Origin: an uncultured Chloroflexia bacterium
GTDB lineage: Bacteria; Chloroflexota; Limnocylindria; QHBO01
Reading direction: 5' to 3'
Assembly: GCA_963814375.1 (NCBI GenBank)
Contig: CAWFCQ010000005.1
Location: 96,001-160,000, forward strand
DNA length: 64,000 nt
Under the pieces are notes generated by a model. That model was not told where the DNA came from, did no database searches, and saw nothing but the letters and a program-made list of their open reading frames with translations. Shown here one piece after another: positions 51,433 through 63,807 of this stretch (position 1 is the stretch's first letter; the number at the start of each line of letters is the position of its first letter). The translations under genes and the position numbers were made by a program.

Positions 51433-52431
51433 TCAGTCGAACCGATCCGGGTGAATGGCGCGCGCCAGCGCCTCGAGGCCATCCACGATCCTCGGCCCCG
51501 GCCGCGTCGTGACGATGTCGTCGAGGTAGGGCACGACATCACCGCCGCTCACCGCGGTCAGCTCGGCCCATCCCGGCCTGGCGGCCACCGTCGCGAGCGC
51601 GGACTCCGGGTCGGCGAGGGCGGGGTCATACGACGCCGAGCCAAGCAGGATGAGCTCGGGATCGGCGGCGACGAGGTCCTCCGGTGCGATCAGCCCCTGG
51701 GCGTCGCCCGTGACCGGCGTTCCGCCGGCAAGCTCGACGAGCGACGCGAGGAACGAGCCCTCGCCGGCGGTGTAGATCGATCCCTCGGCGTAGAAGACCT
51801 CGTACATGGTGCGGGGCAGCTCGACGCCCTCGAGCGCCGCGGTCACCGCATCGACGCGATCGCGCATCTCGCCGACGAGGTCATCGGCCGCAGACGATGC
51901 GTCGATGGCCTGTCCGACCAGCTCGATGCCGGCATAGACCTCGTCGAGCGACTCGGGGTAGAGGACGAGCACCTGGAGCCCGAGCTCGTCGAGCTGCTCG
52001 ATCACCGTGGTCGGCGTGATCTCGTTGCCGGCGGCCAGGACGAGGTCCGGCTCGGCTGCGACGACGAGCTCCGGATCGACCTGGGCGGCAATGACGACGT
52101 CGGCAACGTCTGCGACCTCGGGCGGGTAGTCGTCGAAGTCGGTCACGCCCACGAGCCGGTCGCACGCGTCGAGCGCGCAGACGATCTCCGTGTTCGACGG
52201 AGCGAGACTGACGATTCGCTCCGGTGCCGCGTCGAGGGTGATCTCCCGCCCGGCATCGTCCGTCAGCGTCACCGGAAAGGCGGGAGCCTCGCTTGCGCTC
52301 TCCCTCGGCGAGCTGGGGACAGAAGCCGCCGGCTCCGTGGGCGAGGCGGAAGGGTCCGTGCCGCTGCAGGCGGCGAGCAGGGCGAGGCCGAGACTGGCCA
52401 GGGGAAGAAAAAGCCGCGTTCGAGAAGCCAT
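51433..52431 (-). CDS. btuF: Cobalamin ABC transporter substrate-binding lipoprotein
   Basis: Lipobox LAAC, FPVTLTDDAG, PERIVSLAPSNTE, RPGPRI; downstream of a cobalamin riboswitch. Confidence 0.9.
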   Translation of the reverse strand: MASRTRLFLPLASLGLALLAACSGTDPSASPTEPAASVPSSPRESASEAPAFPVTLTDDAGREITLDAAPERIVSLAPSNTEIVCALDACDRLVGVTDFDDYPPEVADVADVVIAAQVDPELVVAAEPDLVLAAGNEITPTTVIEQLDELGLQVLVLYPESLDEVYAGIELVGQAIDASSAADDLVGEMRDRVDAVTAALEGVELPRTMYEVFYAEGSIYTAGEGSFLASLVELAGGTPVTGDAQGLIAPEDLVAADPELILLGSASYDPALADPESALATVAARPGWAELTAVSGGDVVPYLDDIVTTRPGPRIVDGLEALARAIHPDRFD

Positions 52432-52474
52432 GGCTGATGCCGTTCCCTTTCACTCGAGGGGGCATGACATCGCG

Positions 52475-52610
52475 ATCGGGCTGGTCGACCTGGCTCCCGC
52501 GTCCCGTCCGGTTGGTCCGGGGCGCGGATACAGTAGCGGGACTGCGCCGGCCTTGAACCGGCTTCGCCAATTAACCGTCCGCCTTTCGGGGACGGCACCC
52601 GTCGTGCGTG
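52475..52610 (-). ncRNA. Cobalamin riboswitch
   Basis: Minus strand GGTGCC..TTAATTGGCGAAGCCGGTTCAAGGCCGGCGCAGTCCCGCTACTGT..GAGCCAGG.CGACCAGCC (B12 box) upstream of btuF. Confidence 0.9.
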
Positions 52611-52665
52611 TCTTCGGTTGACGCGGCTGATGCTACCACCGGCGGTGCGCCGGCTCAGCGCCGGC

Positions 52666-54105
52666 TCAGCGCGGGCTCGGCGACGCCTCGGCCAGCATCT
52701 CGGCCGCGGCCCTGTCGCGGTCCTCGGCGCTGCGCGTGGTGAGGTAGGCATCGGTCGGGCCCAGCCGGAGGCGGATGGCGGGTGCGCTGCCGGCGAGCCG
52801 GTACAGCCGCCCGGACTCGATCCGCGAAGCCGATGGATCGCGTGGCACGGTCACGAGCGCGGACTGATCACGCTCGTGGATGACGAGCCGATCCTGCTCG
52901 CCCGCCGCCTCGGCCTTGTAGCGCTCCTCCGCCTCCTGCCGCGAGAGGTCGCGCGGCAGCATCCCGTAGCGCCACATGCGGAGGGCGATCTCCGCGATCC
53001 CGAGCCGCTCGACCGCACCCGGGCTCCGCGCCAGGGTGATCGAGCCGTCCAGTCGCTCGAGCTTCCCGGTGATCTCGACCTCGATGCCGGCGCCCTCCGC
53101 GAGGCTGCGAGCGGGTGCCGGGAGGGCACCGGCGCCGAAGACCGGGTAACCGACCAGCAGGCTGGCCAGCAGCAGCAACGCCAGGACCGCGTAGATGATG
53201 GTCGGGACCCAGGACGCGGGGACGGTGATCGGCGGCCGGCGATCGGCTGAGAAGGCGCGCTCGGTCGACACCTCGGCGTCGATGGCAGCGAACCAGTCGC
53301 TGTCGAGGACCGGCGCAAGATCGAAGGTGTCTCGCTGGTAGAGGCCCTGGAGGCGCACCGGCTGCGCGTCCGGCGGATGCGGCGACCGCAGGATGATCGT
53401 GCTGCCGCCCTCCGCATCGGCGAGGTAGTAGTACCAGGCGGCGTCGGACCCCTCGCAGCCGTCGTCGGAAGCGCACGCGGAGAACTGCTCGGGGGAGACG
53501 ACCCGCCCGGTCACGAGCAGCTCCGAGCCAGGCTCCTCGTCGTCGAGGTCGGAGGGGCGGAAGGCCTGGTCGGCCTGACCGCCATCGCCGACCTCTTCCA
53601 GATAGCGGGTCGAGTCGACCGAGAAGGCGCCGGGCAGGGCTCCGAGGGCGTCGGTCGCGGCAGCCACGACGTCGGGGTCCTCGACCAGCCGCGCCGAGAT
53701 CACGCGCTCACGGATGAAGGCGTCGTTCTGCGCGCTCCGTACCAGCAGGCCGGTCGACGGGTCCGTCGGGTCGCGGGCAAGGTAGAAGAAGGTGCCGAGA
53801 TCGGCGGGAGCCTCGAAATGCGTCTGGTCCACCACGGCGTCGAACTCGAACCAGATGCTGCCGCCCTCGTCGTCGCCGCGACTCGCGACATCGGCGAGCG
53901 TCGTGTCCTGGACGGTGGGACGAGAGGCGAGGATCGTCGCCGTATCGCGCGCCGTGAGGACGGCTGCCAGCGCCAACCCGCCGATGAGGAGGGGCACCGC
54001 GAAGCGGGCGAGCGAGCGTGCGCCCACGAAGCTGAGGAGCGCGCCGACGAACTGGCGGATGCCGTAGGCGATCGAGCCCAGCAGGGCGAGGAGGCGGTGC
54101 GTCAT
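52666..54105 (-). CDS. Hypothetical membrane protein (479 aa)
   Basis: N-terminal TM, acidic extracytoplasmic region with an apparent internal repeat, second TM, cytoplasmic domain. Confidence 0.7.
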   Translation of the reverse strand: MTHRLLALLGSIAYGIRQFVGALLSFVGARSLARFAVPLLIGGLALAAVLTARDTATILASRPTVQDTTLADVASRGDDEGGSIWFEFDAVVDQTHFEAPADLGTFFYLARDPTDPSTGLLVRSAQNDAFIRERVISARLVEDPDVVAAATDALGALPGAFSVDSTRYLEEVGDGGQADQAFRPSDLDDEEPGSELLVTGRVVSPEQFSACASDDGCEGSDAAWYYYLADAEGGSTIILRSPHPPDAQPVRLQGLYQRDTFDLAPVLDSDWFAAIDAEVSTERAFSADRRPPITVPASWVPTIIYAVLALLLLASLLVGYPVFGAGALPAPARSLAEGAGIEVEITGKLERLDGSITLARSPGAVERLGIAEIALRMWRYGMLPRDLSRQEAEERYKAEAAGEQDRLVIHERDQSALVTVPRDPSASRIESGRLYRLAGSAPAIRLRLGPTDAYLTTRSAEDRDRAAAEMLAEASPSPR

Positions 54106-54174
54106 GCGCGCCGGCGGCCGCCGCGCTGCCGCCCGGCGACGCGATGCCGGCGGGCCCCTGCAGCGAGGATGGAC

Positions 54175-54468
54175 CTAGGCCGGTACGGCCTCCTCCTCGG
54201 GCGATTCGACGTGGCCGTAGAGCGGCGTCTCGCGAGCGGCATCGGTGAGCATCGGGTCGAGCATCTTCTGGATCGCAAGGGTGTGGGTGCATCCACCCGC
54301 CGACTCGAAGAGGTGGCAGTCACAGTGCCACGCGTCGGCGTCGAGCGACACGGTGTGGGTGCCGTTGTCGCCGGCGAAGCTGGCCCGAACGGCCTGGAGC
54401 TTCACTCGGTCTGGCTCGTGCGCATAGCGCATCGCCTTCTCGACCTTGCCGATCATGCTCGAATGCAC
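54175..54468 (-). CDS. Small SWIM-type zinc-finger protein (Chloroflexota-type conserved hypothetical)
   Basis: GGAGGT RBS; SMIGKVEKAMRYA.EPDR, CDC-x8-CTH. Confidence 0.8.
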   Translation of the reverse strand: MHSSMIGKVEKAMRYAHEPDRVKLQAVRASFAGDNGTHTVSLDADAWHCDCHLFESAGGCTHTLAIQKMLDPMLTDAARETPLYGHVESPEEEAVPA

Positions 54469-54511
54469 GTCGCGGTTACCTCCATCGGCGCCGGTGGCCC
54501 CGGCGCCCTAT

Positions 54512-55705
54512 CTACGTGGCGCCCGTCGGGTCGGTTCCGGTGGCCCTGGCGAGCCGCTCCTTCAGCATCGCCAGCAGTGTAACCGGCGTCGGGTCGGTCT
54601 GGTAGAGGATGGCGAGGTAGACGCTGACGAGATCGCCGTAGGCGACGGCTCCGAGCACCTTCGCCAGCGGCGACGGCCCCTCGGCCCACACCTCGGACCG
54701 ATTCGTGGCGCGCTCGCCGAGGAGCTCCTCGACGACCCGGTAGCGCTCGCGCAGGGCCTCGGGCTCGTCGGGGTCGCGCAGCTGGACGACGTAGAGGGCG
54801 TCGGACAGCTCGCGCGGGTTGAGGCTGCCCTCGATCGCGTTGTGGTTGGCCTCCGGCATCGGCTCCCACGCCGCCCAGGCCTTGGCGTTCTCGTTGAGCT
54901 GCGTCTTCCAGCGGTGCGCGACCGCCGCCATCGACCCATGACCGTAGATCACGGCGATGCGGCCGAACATCGACCACGCGAGCTGCTTGGCGGGGTTCGC
55001 ATCGGTCTCGACCGACGGGCCGAGCCGCTCGAAAAGCGACTCGAGGCTTGCGACCGCCGGGCCGATCGGGTCGCCGCCATCGATGAGCTCGAGCCGCGTG
55101 AGCAGCTCGTGGACGAGGCCAACGCCGAAGCCGATCGCCGCGCGCGGCTGGCCGGCGAGCTGGTACTGGAGGAGCGGGATGCGATGCTCGGTCGCCTGCG
55201 CCGCGAGCGACCCGCCGGTGGTGATGACGGCCAGTGGGAGGCCGCGCTCGCGGGCAGCGGCGAAGCCGGAGAGGGTCTCGACCGTCTCGCCCGAGTGGCT
55301 GGCCGCGATCACGAGCGTCCTGGGGCCGACGCCGGCGGGCAACCCGTAGTCGCGATGCACCGCCACGGGCACGCGCAGGCGGTCGCCGGCGGCGGCAGCC
55401 ACGAGCTCGGCGCCGATCGCCGACCCGCCCATCGCCAGGACAACGACCGCGTCGACGGAACGAAGCGACTCCGGGAGCTCGGCAGCCGCGGCCACGCGTC
55501 GTGCCTGGGCGAGCTGCCGCGGAAGCTCGGCGACGCGGCCGAGCATGTCCTCCGGGTCGATCTTGCGCAGGGCCTGGGGGTCATCGAGCGTGACCGCCTC
55601 CTCGAACAGGGGCGGCCGCTCGGCATCGGTCCCGTCGTCGCCCTCCGGTCGGCGCCCCGGCTCCTCGTCCGCGTGCTTGTATCCGAAGAAGTCGCGCGCG
55701 TCCAT
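54512..55705 (-). CDS. Bifunctional phosphoglucose/phosphomannose isomerase (SIS)
   Basis: AMGGSAIG, SHSGETVET, TTGG, QPRAA, NPAKQLA, RWKTQLNENAK, PEANHN. Confidence 0.92.
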   Translation of the reverse strand: MDARDFFGYKHADEEPGRRPEGDDGTDAERPPLFEEAVTLDDPQALRKIDPEDMLGRVAELPRQLAQARRVAAAAELPESLRSVDAVVVLAMGGSAIGAELVAAAAGDRLRVPVAVHRDYGLPAGVGPRTLVIAASHSGETVETLSGFAAARERGLPLAVITTGGSLAAQATEHRIPLLQYQLAGQPRAAIGFGVGLVHELLTRLELIDGGDPIGPAVASLESLFERLGPSVETDANPAKQLAWSMFGRIAVIYGHGSMAAVAHRWKTQLNENAKAWAAWEPMPEANHNAIEGSLNPRELSDALYVVQLRDPDEPEALRERYRVVEELLGERATNRSEVWAEGPSPLAKVLGAVAYGDLVSVYLAILYQTDPTPVTLLAMLKERLARATGTDPTGAT

Positions 55706-57175
55706 CAGGTCGCGGCGGCGGCCCGCGGCTGCTCGGCGCCGGCGATCTGGCGACCCTCCGCCAGGAGCGCGTCGACGTCCGTCGGGCGAACGAGCCTCGG
55801 CGTAGACGCGCAGCAGCGCCTCCGTGCCGCTGAAGCGGATGAGCATCCAGGAGCCGTCGGCCCGGTAGAACTTGAAGCCGTCGTTCGTCTCGAGCTTGAA
55901 CCGCTCGACGACCTCCAGGCCGGAGAGCTCGGTGGGCGCCTCGTTCTCGAGCCGCGCCAGGGTCTCGGCCTTCACCGCCTCGTAGCCCTCGCGCGCGAAG
56001 CGGATGTCGATGCGGTTGTAGTACGAGGGGCCGGCGAGGGCCTGGAGCTCGGCCAGCACCTCGGACGCCTTCTTGCCCCGCGTCAGCCACAGGTCGAGCA
56101 GGAAGAGGCCCGATGCGATGCCGTCGCGCTCGGGAATGTGCATCCCGAACCCGAAGCCTCCCGACTCCTCCCCGCCGATGACAGCGTTCGTCTCGGTCAT
56201 CTTCGGGCCGACGAACTTGAAGCCGACGCCCGTCTCGTGCGCCTGCGTGCCATAGATCTCGGCCAGTCGCTTCGCCATCGAGGTGGTGGTGACGGTGTAG
56301 ACCGCCGGGCCGATCTGGCCGCGCACCTCGAGCAGGTACCAGTACAGGAGGCCGTAGACCTGGAGCTGGTTGACGAAGACCCCCTCCTCGGTCGCCATGC
56401 CGACCCGATCCGCGTCTCCGTCGAACGCGATGCCGATCTCGGCGCCCCAGCGCGGGATCTCCTCGAGCCACTCGTCGATGTTGGGGCGGATCGGCTCGGG
56501 ATTGACGCCGCCGAAGTATGGATTGCGCTCGGTGTGCAGCTCGCGAACCGTGAGCCGCCCATCGCCGATGAGACGGGTCATCCACCCCGAGCCGGAGCCG
56601 AAGAGGGTCTCGACCAGCACGCGCCGATCGGCGGCTCGGATGCGCTCGAGATCGACGATGCTCGCCAACTGGTCGCGGAAGCGCGGGTATGGATCGAAGG
56701 TCTCGACCAGGCCGGCGGCGACCGCGTCGTCGTAGTCGCGCCGCGGCGGCAGCTCGTCCTCGGGATGGGTGTCCATGGTCGCCTCGATGGCGGCCAGCAT
56801 CTCGGGCGCGGCAGCACCACCGCTGTCGGCCTTGACCTTGAAGCCGTTGTCGGTCCACGGGTTGTGGCTGGCGGTGATGACGATCCCGGCCCCCGCACCC
56901 AGCTCGCGCGTGAAGAAGCTGCCGACCTGGGTGGGGACCGCCTCGGGCGGCGCCAGGGTGCGGATGTCGTGGGCCGCGAGCACCTCGATGCAGGCACGGG
57001 CGAAATGCTCGCTCGCGAAGCGGCGATCGTGGCAGACCACGACGCCACGATCGGCGGCGCCGATCGCACGAAGGTGCTCGGCCACGCCGCGCGCGCAGCG
57101 TCGGACGTTATGGAAGGTGTAGTCCTCGGCGATGGCCGCGCGCCAGCCGTCCGTCCCGAACTTGATCTTCGTCAC
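55705..57175 (-). CDS. Phosphoglucomutase/phosphomannomutase; an extra base near 55781 makes it read through into the next gene
   Basis: FGTDGWR, ITASHNP, FDGDADR, GGEESGG, RFSGTE; repaired frame ends ..RAAAAT* with TGATG overlap. Confidence 0.93.
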
Positions 57176-57238
57176 TGCTGGAGAGCACTCGTCGGCGATT
57201 GCTCGCCCATGGTAGCGGCTCGATTGTAGCGACCGCTG

Positions 57239-57902
57239 TCACCCAAGGCGGTCGGACGGCGTCGTCCGTCGAACGGCCGGAATCGGCCGCGATCGCGCGG
57301 TGGGCTCGTCCAGCGCCGCCTGGAGCCGGATCAGCAACGGCCGCAGCCGCTCACGCTCGCCGACCTGGATCGGTTCAGCCTCGTCCACCCGCAGGCGGCA
57401 GAACGGGAGCGGAACGATGTGGCGATCCCAGCGACCACTGAGCCGCAGGGCAGGCTCGGCCCGCACGGCCCAGGGCTGGAGCGGCAACCGCGACTCGCGG
57501 GCGACGATCAGGGCCCCGGGCTTCGCGCGCCGGTAAGGCCCGTTCGGGCCGTCCGGGCTCACGACCAGGGTCGCGCCCGACGCGCCGAGACGCGCCATCT
57601 CACGCGAGAGCCGCGCAGCCTCGGCCGCTTCTCCCTCGGCGGGCAGCGGCACCGACCCAGCGCTGAGCGCCGACAGCATCGCGTCCATGACCTCGCCGCG
57701 GAAGGTCTGCGGTGCTGAAGCTGACGTGCCATAACTTACGCCGTAAGCGAAACGCGGCGATCGCGGCGACGAGGTTGTACTCGTGCCAGAAGGCGAGCAC
57801 GACCTGGGACTGGGTGACCGATCCGTCGACGCGGCAGGTGGCGGCCACGAGCCGAACGTAGCCGGCCATGGCAAGGCCGACGAGACGAGCCAGCGGACGC
57901 AT
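57239..57902 (-). CDS. DUF374 / lysophospholipid acyltransferase-family protein; frameshift near 57710
   Basis: VLAFWH, RGE, VSPDGPNGP, AKPGAL, WDR..VPLPF. Confidence 0.75.
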
Positions 57903-57913
57903 CGGCGCGCCGC

Positions 57914-58984
57914 CTACAGGTAACGGTCGCCGGCGGTTCGGGCGATCTCGTCCAGCACCGGCTTGATCTCCTCCGCCCGGTCGCGGCTGCACACCAGCAG
58001 GGCATCGGGGGTGTCGACGATGATCACGTCCTCGAGCCCGACCGTCACCACCAGCCGGTCGCCGCCATGCACCAGGACGCGGTGCGAGTCACGGTCGAGA
58101 TGGCGCCCGCTGGCGACGAGGTCCTTCCCCTCCGCGGCGGAGAGGGCCTCGAGCAGCGCCGACCACGAGCCGATGTCGGACCATCCCGCCGAGAGCGGCA
58201 CGACGGCGATGCGACCCTCGGCCGCGGCGGGCTCCGCGATGCCGACGTCGATCGTGATCGCCGGCACCGGCTCCAGCAGATCGCGCACCTGGCTCATCCA
58301 CCCGGGCGTGCGGTGGAGGGCGCCGATGCGGTCGAGCGCTTCGGCCAGTGCCGGCTGGAAGCGCTCCACCGCCTGCCGGAAGGCGTACACGCGCCACACG
58401 AATATCCCTGCATTCCACAGGTATCCGCCCTCCTCGAGCATGGCCGTGGCCGTGGACGCGTCGGGCTTCTCCGCGAATCTCTCGACCTTGGCGGTCGTGC
58501 CGGACGGGTGCAGCGGCTCCCCGGCCTTGATGTACCCGTAGCCCGTGGCAGCGTGCGTGGGCACGACGCCGAGGGTGACGAGGTACCCGCGCTCGGCAGC
58601 TCTCGCAGCCTCGCGCAGCGCATCGGCGAACGCGCCCTCGTCGGCGACGAAGTGATCGGCCGGCAGGACCAGGGCCACCTCGTCGCTCTCGCGCCGGGCG
58701 AGAACGGTCGCCAGCCCGGCGGCGACCGCCGTCGAGCGGGCGAGCGGCTCCCCGAGGACGTTGTCCGGCGGCAGCTGGGGAAGCTGGTCCTGCGTGGCTC
58801 GCACATGTGCCTGGCTGGTGATGACATAGATGTCGTGCGGCTTGAGCAGCGCACCCAGTCGGGCCACGGTCTGCTGGAGCAGGCTCGTGTCGCCGGTCAG
58901 CGCCAGGAGCTGCTTCGGCGTGCCTCGGCGCGAGAGCGGCCAGAGGCGTGTGCCGGCCCCACCGGCCATGACGATCGCGAACAT
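57914..58984 (-). CDS. manC: Mannose-1-phosphate guanylyltransferase
   Basis: MAGGAGTRLWPLSR..PKQ, PADH, TGYGYI, FAEKP, WNAGIF, WSDIGSW. Confidence 0.95.
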   Translation of the reverse strand: MFAIVMAGGAGTRLWPLSRRGTPKQLLALTGDTSLLQQTVARLGALLKPHDIYVITSQAHVRATQDQLPQLPPDNVLGEPLARSTAVAAGLATVLARRESDEVALVLPADHFVADEGAFADALREAARAAERGYLVTLGVVPTHAATGYGYIKAGEPLHPSGTTAKVERFAEKPDASTATAMLEEGGYLWNAGIFVWRVYAFRQAVERFQPALAEALDRIGALHRTPGWMSQVRDLLEPVPAITIDVGIAEPAAAEGRIAVVPLSAGWSDIGSWSALLEALSAAEGKDLVASGRHLDRDSHRVLVHGGDRLVVTVGLEDVIIVDTPDALLVCSRDRAEEIKPVLDEIARTAGDRYL

Positions 58985-59826
58985 CAGTCGCGCTCGACCT
59001 CCGCCTCGAGACGCTCGCCGAGCTCGAGCGTTCGCCGATAGGCCGCCCATACGGCGTCCGAGAAGACGGTGCGGATGCGACCCTTCTCGAGCTCGTAGAT
59101 TGCCGCCGCGCTCGTCCCGCCCGGCGACGTCACCAGGTTGCGGAGCTGGGCCGGATGCAGCTCCGACCGCGCGGCGTACTCGGCCGAGCCGATGAGGGTT
59201 TCCACCACCAGGTCGTGGGCGAGCTCGCGCGGGAAGCCGAGGTGGACGCCGGCATCGATGAGCGCCTCCATGACCGCGAAGAGATAGGTCGGTCCGGTTC
59301 CGGAGAGCGCCGTCGCCATGGCGACGAATGACTCGTCGCCCACCTCCCGCTCGTCGCCGAGCGCGCGCAGCACGCTGCGGGCGAGGTCGCGCTGACGCTT
59401 CGTGCAGGCCTCGCTCGCCGACCAGACGCTCATGCCCCGCCGGATCTGGCTGGGCGTGTTGGGCATCGCCCGCACGACGGCGGCGTGCTGGAGACCGTCG
59501 ACCAGGGTGCGCACGGTGGCGCCGGCGACGATCGAGACGACGACCTGGTCCGCCTCCAGCCTGCCGCGGAGCTCGCGCATGACGCGTACCAGCATCTGTG
59601 GCTTGACGGCGAGGACGACGACCTCTGCATCGGGCAGCGCATCCCGGTTCGCGGCAACGGGCCGGATCCCGTGTCGCTCCGCCAGGGCGTCCCGTCGATC
59701 CCGGCGCGGATGGCTCGCCGCCAGGGTCGTCGGCGCGACGGCACGGTCGGCGATGAGGCCGGCGATCATCGCCTCGGCCATGACCCCGGCGCCGACGATG
59801 CCGACCCGCATGGTCCGTCGCGTCAT
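58984..59826 (-). CDS. proC: Pyrroline-5-carboxylate reductase
   Basis: GAGVMA, LAVKPQ, RAMPNTP, TALSGTGP, VTSPGGT. Confidence 0.95.
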   Translation of the reverse strand: MTRRTMRVGIVGAGVMAEAMIAGLIADRAVAPTTLAASHPRRDRRDALAERHGIRPVAANRDALPDAEVVVLAVKPQMLVRVMRELRGRLEADQVVVSIVAGATVRTLVDGLQHAAVVRAMPNTPSQIRRGMSVWSASEACTKRQRDLARSVLRALGDEREVGDESFVAMATALSGTGPTYLFAVMEALIDAGVHLGFPRELAHDLVVETLIGSAEYAARSELHPAQLRNLVTSPGGTSAAAIYELEKGRIRTVFSDAVWAAYRRTLELGERLEAEVERD

Positions 59827-60469
59827 CGCGCCGCCTCCTGTCGCTCCCCGACCGATACCTCGCTGCCAACCAGCCGTCGGGCCGCCTCGATCTCCGCTGC
59901 CGGAGCGCCCGACCGGACGAGCAGATCCACCGCGGCCGATGCGATGCGGCGCGCGGCAGTCACGTCCCCCAGGTCGAGAAGCGCCTGACCGAGCCCGAGC
60001 GATGCCCGGCCCTGCTCGTGCTCCGCTCCGATGTCGCGCGCCTCGTCGATCGCCTCCGCATAGTACCGGCGCGCGCTGAGCGGATCGCCGGCCGCGACGC
60101 GCAGGTCGCCGATGCGACGTGCCTGGCGCGTGGCCTGGAGGGTCATCTCCGCCCGCTCGAAGTGCCACAGGGCACGATGCGCCCACACGTCGGCGGGCCA
60201 CCAGTCCCCCGTCGCCACGCCGTGCTCCATCGCCGCCACCGCGGCGGCCGCGGCGCGGCGGTGATCCGCCGCGCGCTCCGCCTCCAGGTACGGGACGGCC
60301 AGCTCGCTGCGTCGCAGCACGAGCGGGAGCTCCGGCAAGCCGCTCTCCGCAACCGGCCGGCGTGCCCCCGATAGCCAGCCGCGCCCGGGCCACGAGCCTG
60401 CTCGACGACGCCGGGCGCCGGCTCGCCCCAGGCCGGGTGCGACGATGTGGACGCGCGCCGGTCGCTCAT
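59823..60469 (-). CDS. Hypothetical TPR-like helical protein (5' part probably frameshifted)
   Basis: IGDLRVAAGD..ARRYYAEAI, ASLGLGQALLDLGD TPR-like pattern in ORF 59823-60338; ATG at 60469 after metK. Confidence 0.55.
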
Positions 60470-60479
60470 GGCGGCTGGC

Positions 60480-61664
60480 TCAGCCGACGGCGCTTCGCAG
60501 GTCGTCGACGCGGTCGACTCGCTCCCACGGAAGATCGAGGTCGGAGCGCCCGAAGTGACCATAGGCCGCCGTCTGGCGGTAGATCGGCCGCTGCAGATCG
60601 AGCTCGCGGATGATGGCGCCCGGACGCAGGTCGAATGCCTCCTGGACGATGCTGGCCAGGTGCGCGTCGGGCAGGACACCGGTGCCCCACGTCTGAACGT
60701 TGACCGCCAGCGGGTGGGCGACGCCGATGGCGTAGGCGAGCTGGATCTCGCAGCGCCTGGCGAGCCCGGCGGCGACGACGTTCTTCGCCGCGTAGCGCGC
60801 CATGTACGCTCCCGAGCGGTCCACCTTGGTCGGGTCCTTGCCGCTGAACGAGCCTCCGCCGTGACGGGCCATGCCGCCGTAGGTGTCGACGATGATCTTT
60901 CGCCCGGACAGGCCCGAGTCGCCCATCGGCCCACCGATGACGAAGCGACCGGTCGGGTTGACGAGGTGCCGCGTCTCGTCGTCGAGCAGCTCGGCCGGGA
61001 TGGCCGCCTCGACGACATGCTCGCGAACTGCCGCCGCCAGCTCGTCGATCTCCACCTCCGGGTCGTGCTGGGTGCTCACCAGCACGGTGTGCACGCGGCG
61101 CGGCACCAGGTCGGCGTCGTACTCAACCGTGATCTGGCTCTTGCCGTCGGGCCGCAGGAACGGCAGCGTGCCGGCACGGCGCACCTCGGCCAGCCGCCGC
61201 GCGACACGGTGCGCCAGCATGATCGGCATCGGCATGAGCTCATCCGACTCGTCGGTCGCGTAGCCGAACATCATTCCCTGGTCGCCGGCGCCGAGCTCGT
61301 CGGCCTCGCGTCCCTCGCGCGCCTCGAGCGCGTGATCGACGCCGCGGGCGATGTCGGGAGACTGCTCCTTGATCGCCGTCAGGGTCCCGCACGTCTCCCA
61401 GTCGAAGCCGAGCCGGCTGTCGGTGTAGCCGATCTCCCGCACCGTGCGTCGCACGACCTCCTGGACGTCAACGTAGTGGGTGGTCGTGACCTCGCCCAGC
61501 ACGATCACCATGCCGGTCGTCGTCGCCACCTCGACCGCGGAGCGCGCATCGGGATCGTGCCCGAGGACATCGTCCAGCACGGCATCGGCGACGGCGTCAC
61601 ACAGCTTGTCGGGATGGCCCTCGGTGACCGACTCCGATGTGAAGAGGGTGGACTCCGCTGGCAT
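60480..61664 (-). CDS. metK: S-adenosylmethionine synthetase
   Basis: [46 protein letters not shown]. Confidence 0.97.
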   Translation of the reverse strand: MPAESTLFTSESVTEGHPDKLCDAVADAVLDDVLGHDPDARSAVEVATTTGMVIVLGEVTTTHYVDVQEVVRRTVREIGYTDSRLGFDWETCGTLTAIKEQSPDIARGVDHALEAREGREADELGAGDQGMMFGYATDESDELMPMPIMLAHRVARRLAEVRRAGTLPFLRPDGKSQITVEYDADLVPRRVHTVLVSTQHDPEVEIDELAAAVREHVVEAAIPAELLDDETRHLVNPTGRFVIGGPMGDSGLSGRKIIVDTYGGMARHGGGSFSGKDPTKVDRSGAYMARYAAKNVVAAGLARRCEIQLAYAIGVAHPLAVNVQTWGTGVLPDAHLASIVQEAFDLRPGAIIRELDLQRPIYRQTAAYGHFGRSDLDLPWERVDRVDDLRSAVG

Positions 61665-62923
<1,259 letters not shown>

Positions 62924-62945
<22 letters not shown>

Positions 62946-63784
62946 GGGATTCGCATTGCCTCTCGTATCGGTCGCATCAGTCCCCAGCCGCCGGCACGCC
63001 TGCGGACAAGGCGTTCGATGAGCTGGCAGTGCGTACGGTAGCCGAGGCGCGTGTAGGCCGCGACGGCCGGGTCGTTGTCGGCGTGGACGTTGAGCGCGAC
63101 GTCGCTCACTCGATCGAGCAGCTCGGCCGTCACCGCGCTCGTCACCATCTTGGCGAAGTCGTGCCCGCGAAAGTCGAGATGGGTCATGACGTTGCCGACG
63201 ACCGCGATGCCCTCGCGGGCGTTGATGGCGTGCGTTCCGGCCGCGCTGACGAGCTTGCCGCGGACCCGGATGCCGTAGTACGTGCCTTCCTCCAGCACCG
63301 ATGCCGGAAAGCCGCCGCGGAAGCCGAGCTGGTAGAGCCGGTTGAGGTCATCCACGTCGAGCGCGGTCAGCCGTTCGGCCGGCCCGGCGAACGGCACGTA
63401 CGTGTCGCGGTCGACGACCATGCGCAGCATCCGTATCGGCACGTCGAGCTCGTAGAGGTCGCGCACGGCATCCTCGTGCTCCTCGAGCCCCTGGAGATAG
63501 GCGTCGCGCGGCTTCAGGACGGAGTCGAGGATCGCGCGGCAGCCCTCCGGGTCGCCCATGAGGAACAGCGGCTGCGGCACGAGGCCCTCGTGGTGCATCA
63601 CCAGGGCGGTGGGGCGGCCGGCGTCATCGGTGGCGATTCCCCACGCCACGCGGCCGCGGTTGGGTCCGTCGAGATCGCCGAGCGCGTAGGCGGCGTAGAC
63701 CCGGTCGGTGCGCAGGAATGCCGCGATCTCGGCGCGGTCGCTGACCGCACGAGCGCGAGAACGGGTCGAGGTCGCGACCGCCAT
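62924..63784 (-). CDS. GNAT (FR47-like) acetyltransferase
   Basis: [38 protein letters not shown]. Confidence 0.88.
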
Positions 63785-63807
63785 CGGGCCTTCCGCGCCT
63801 CCGGCGC

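Noticed and set aside
52650-52671. CCGGCTCAGCG tandem repeat
   Set aside because: Only two 11-nt copies at a gene end; not CRISPR-like or an att site.
54512-57175. 887-aa PGM-PGI/PMI fusion ORF
   Set aside because: Removing one base near 55781 restores a normal PGM C-terminus ending in TGA that overlaps the next ATG (TGATG); the linker is out-of-frame sequence, so the fusion is an artefact.
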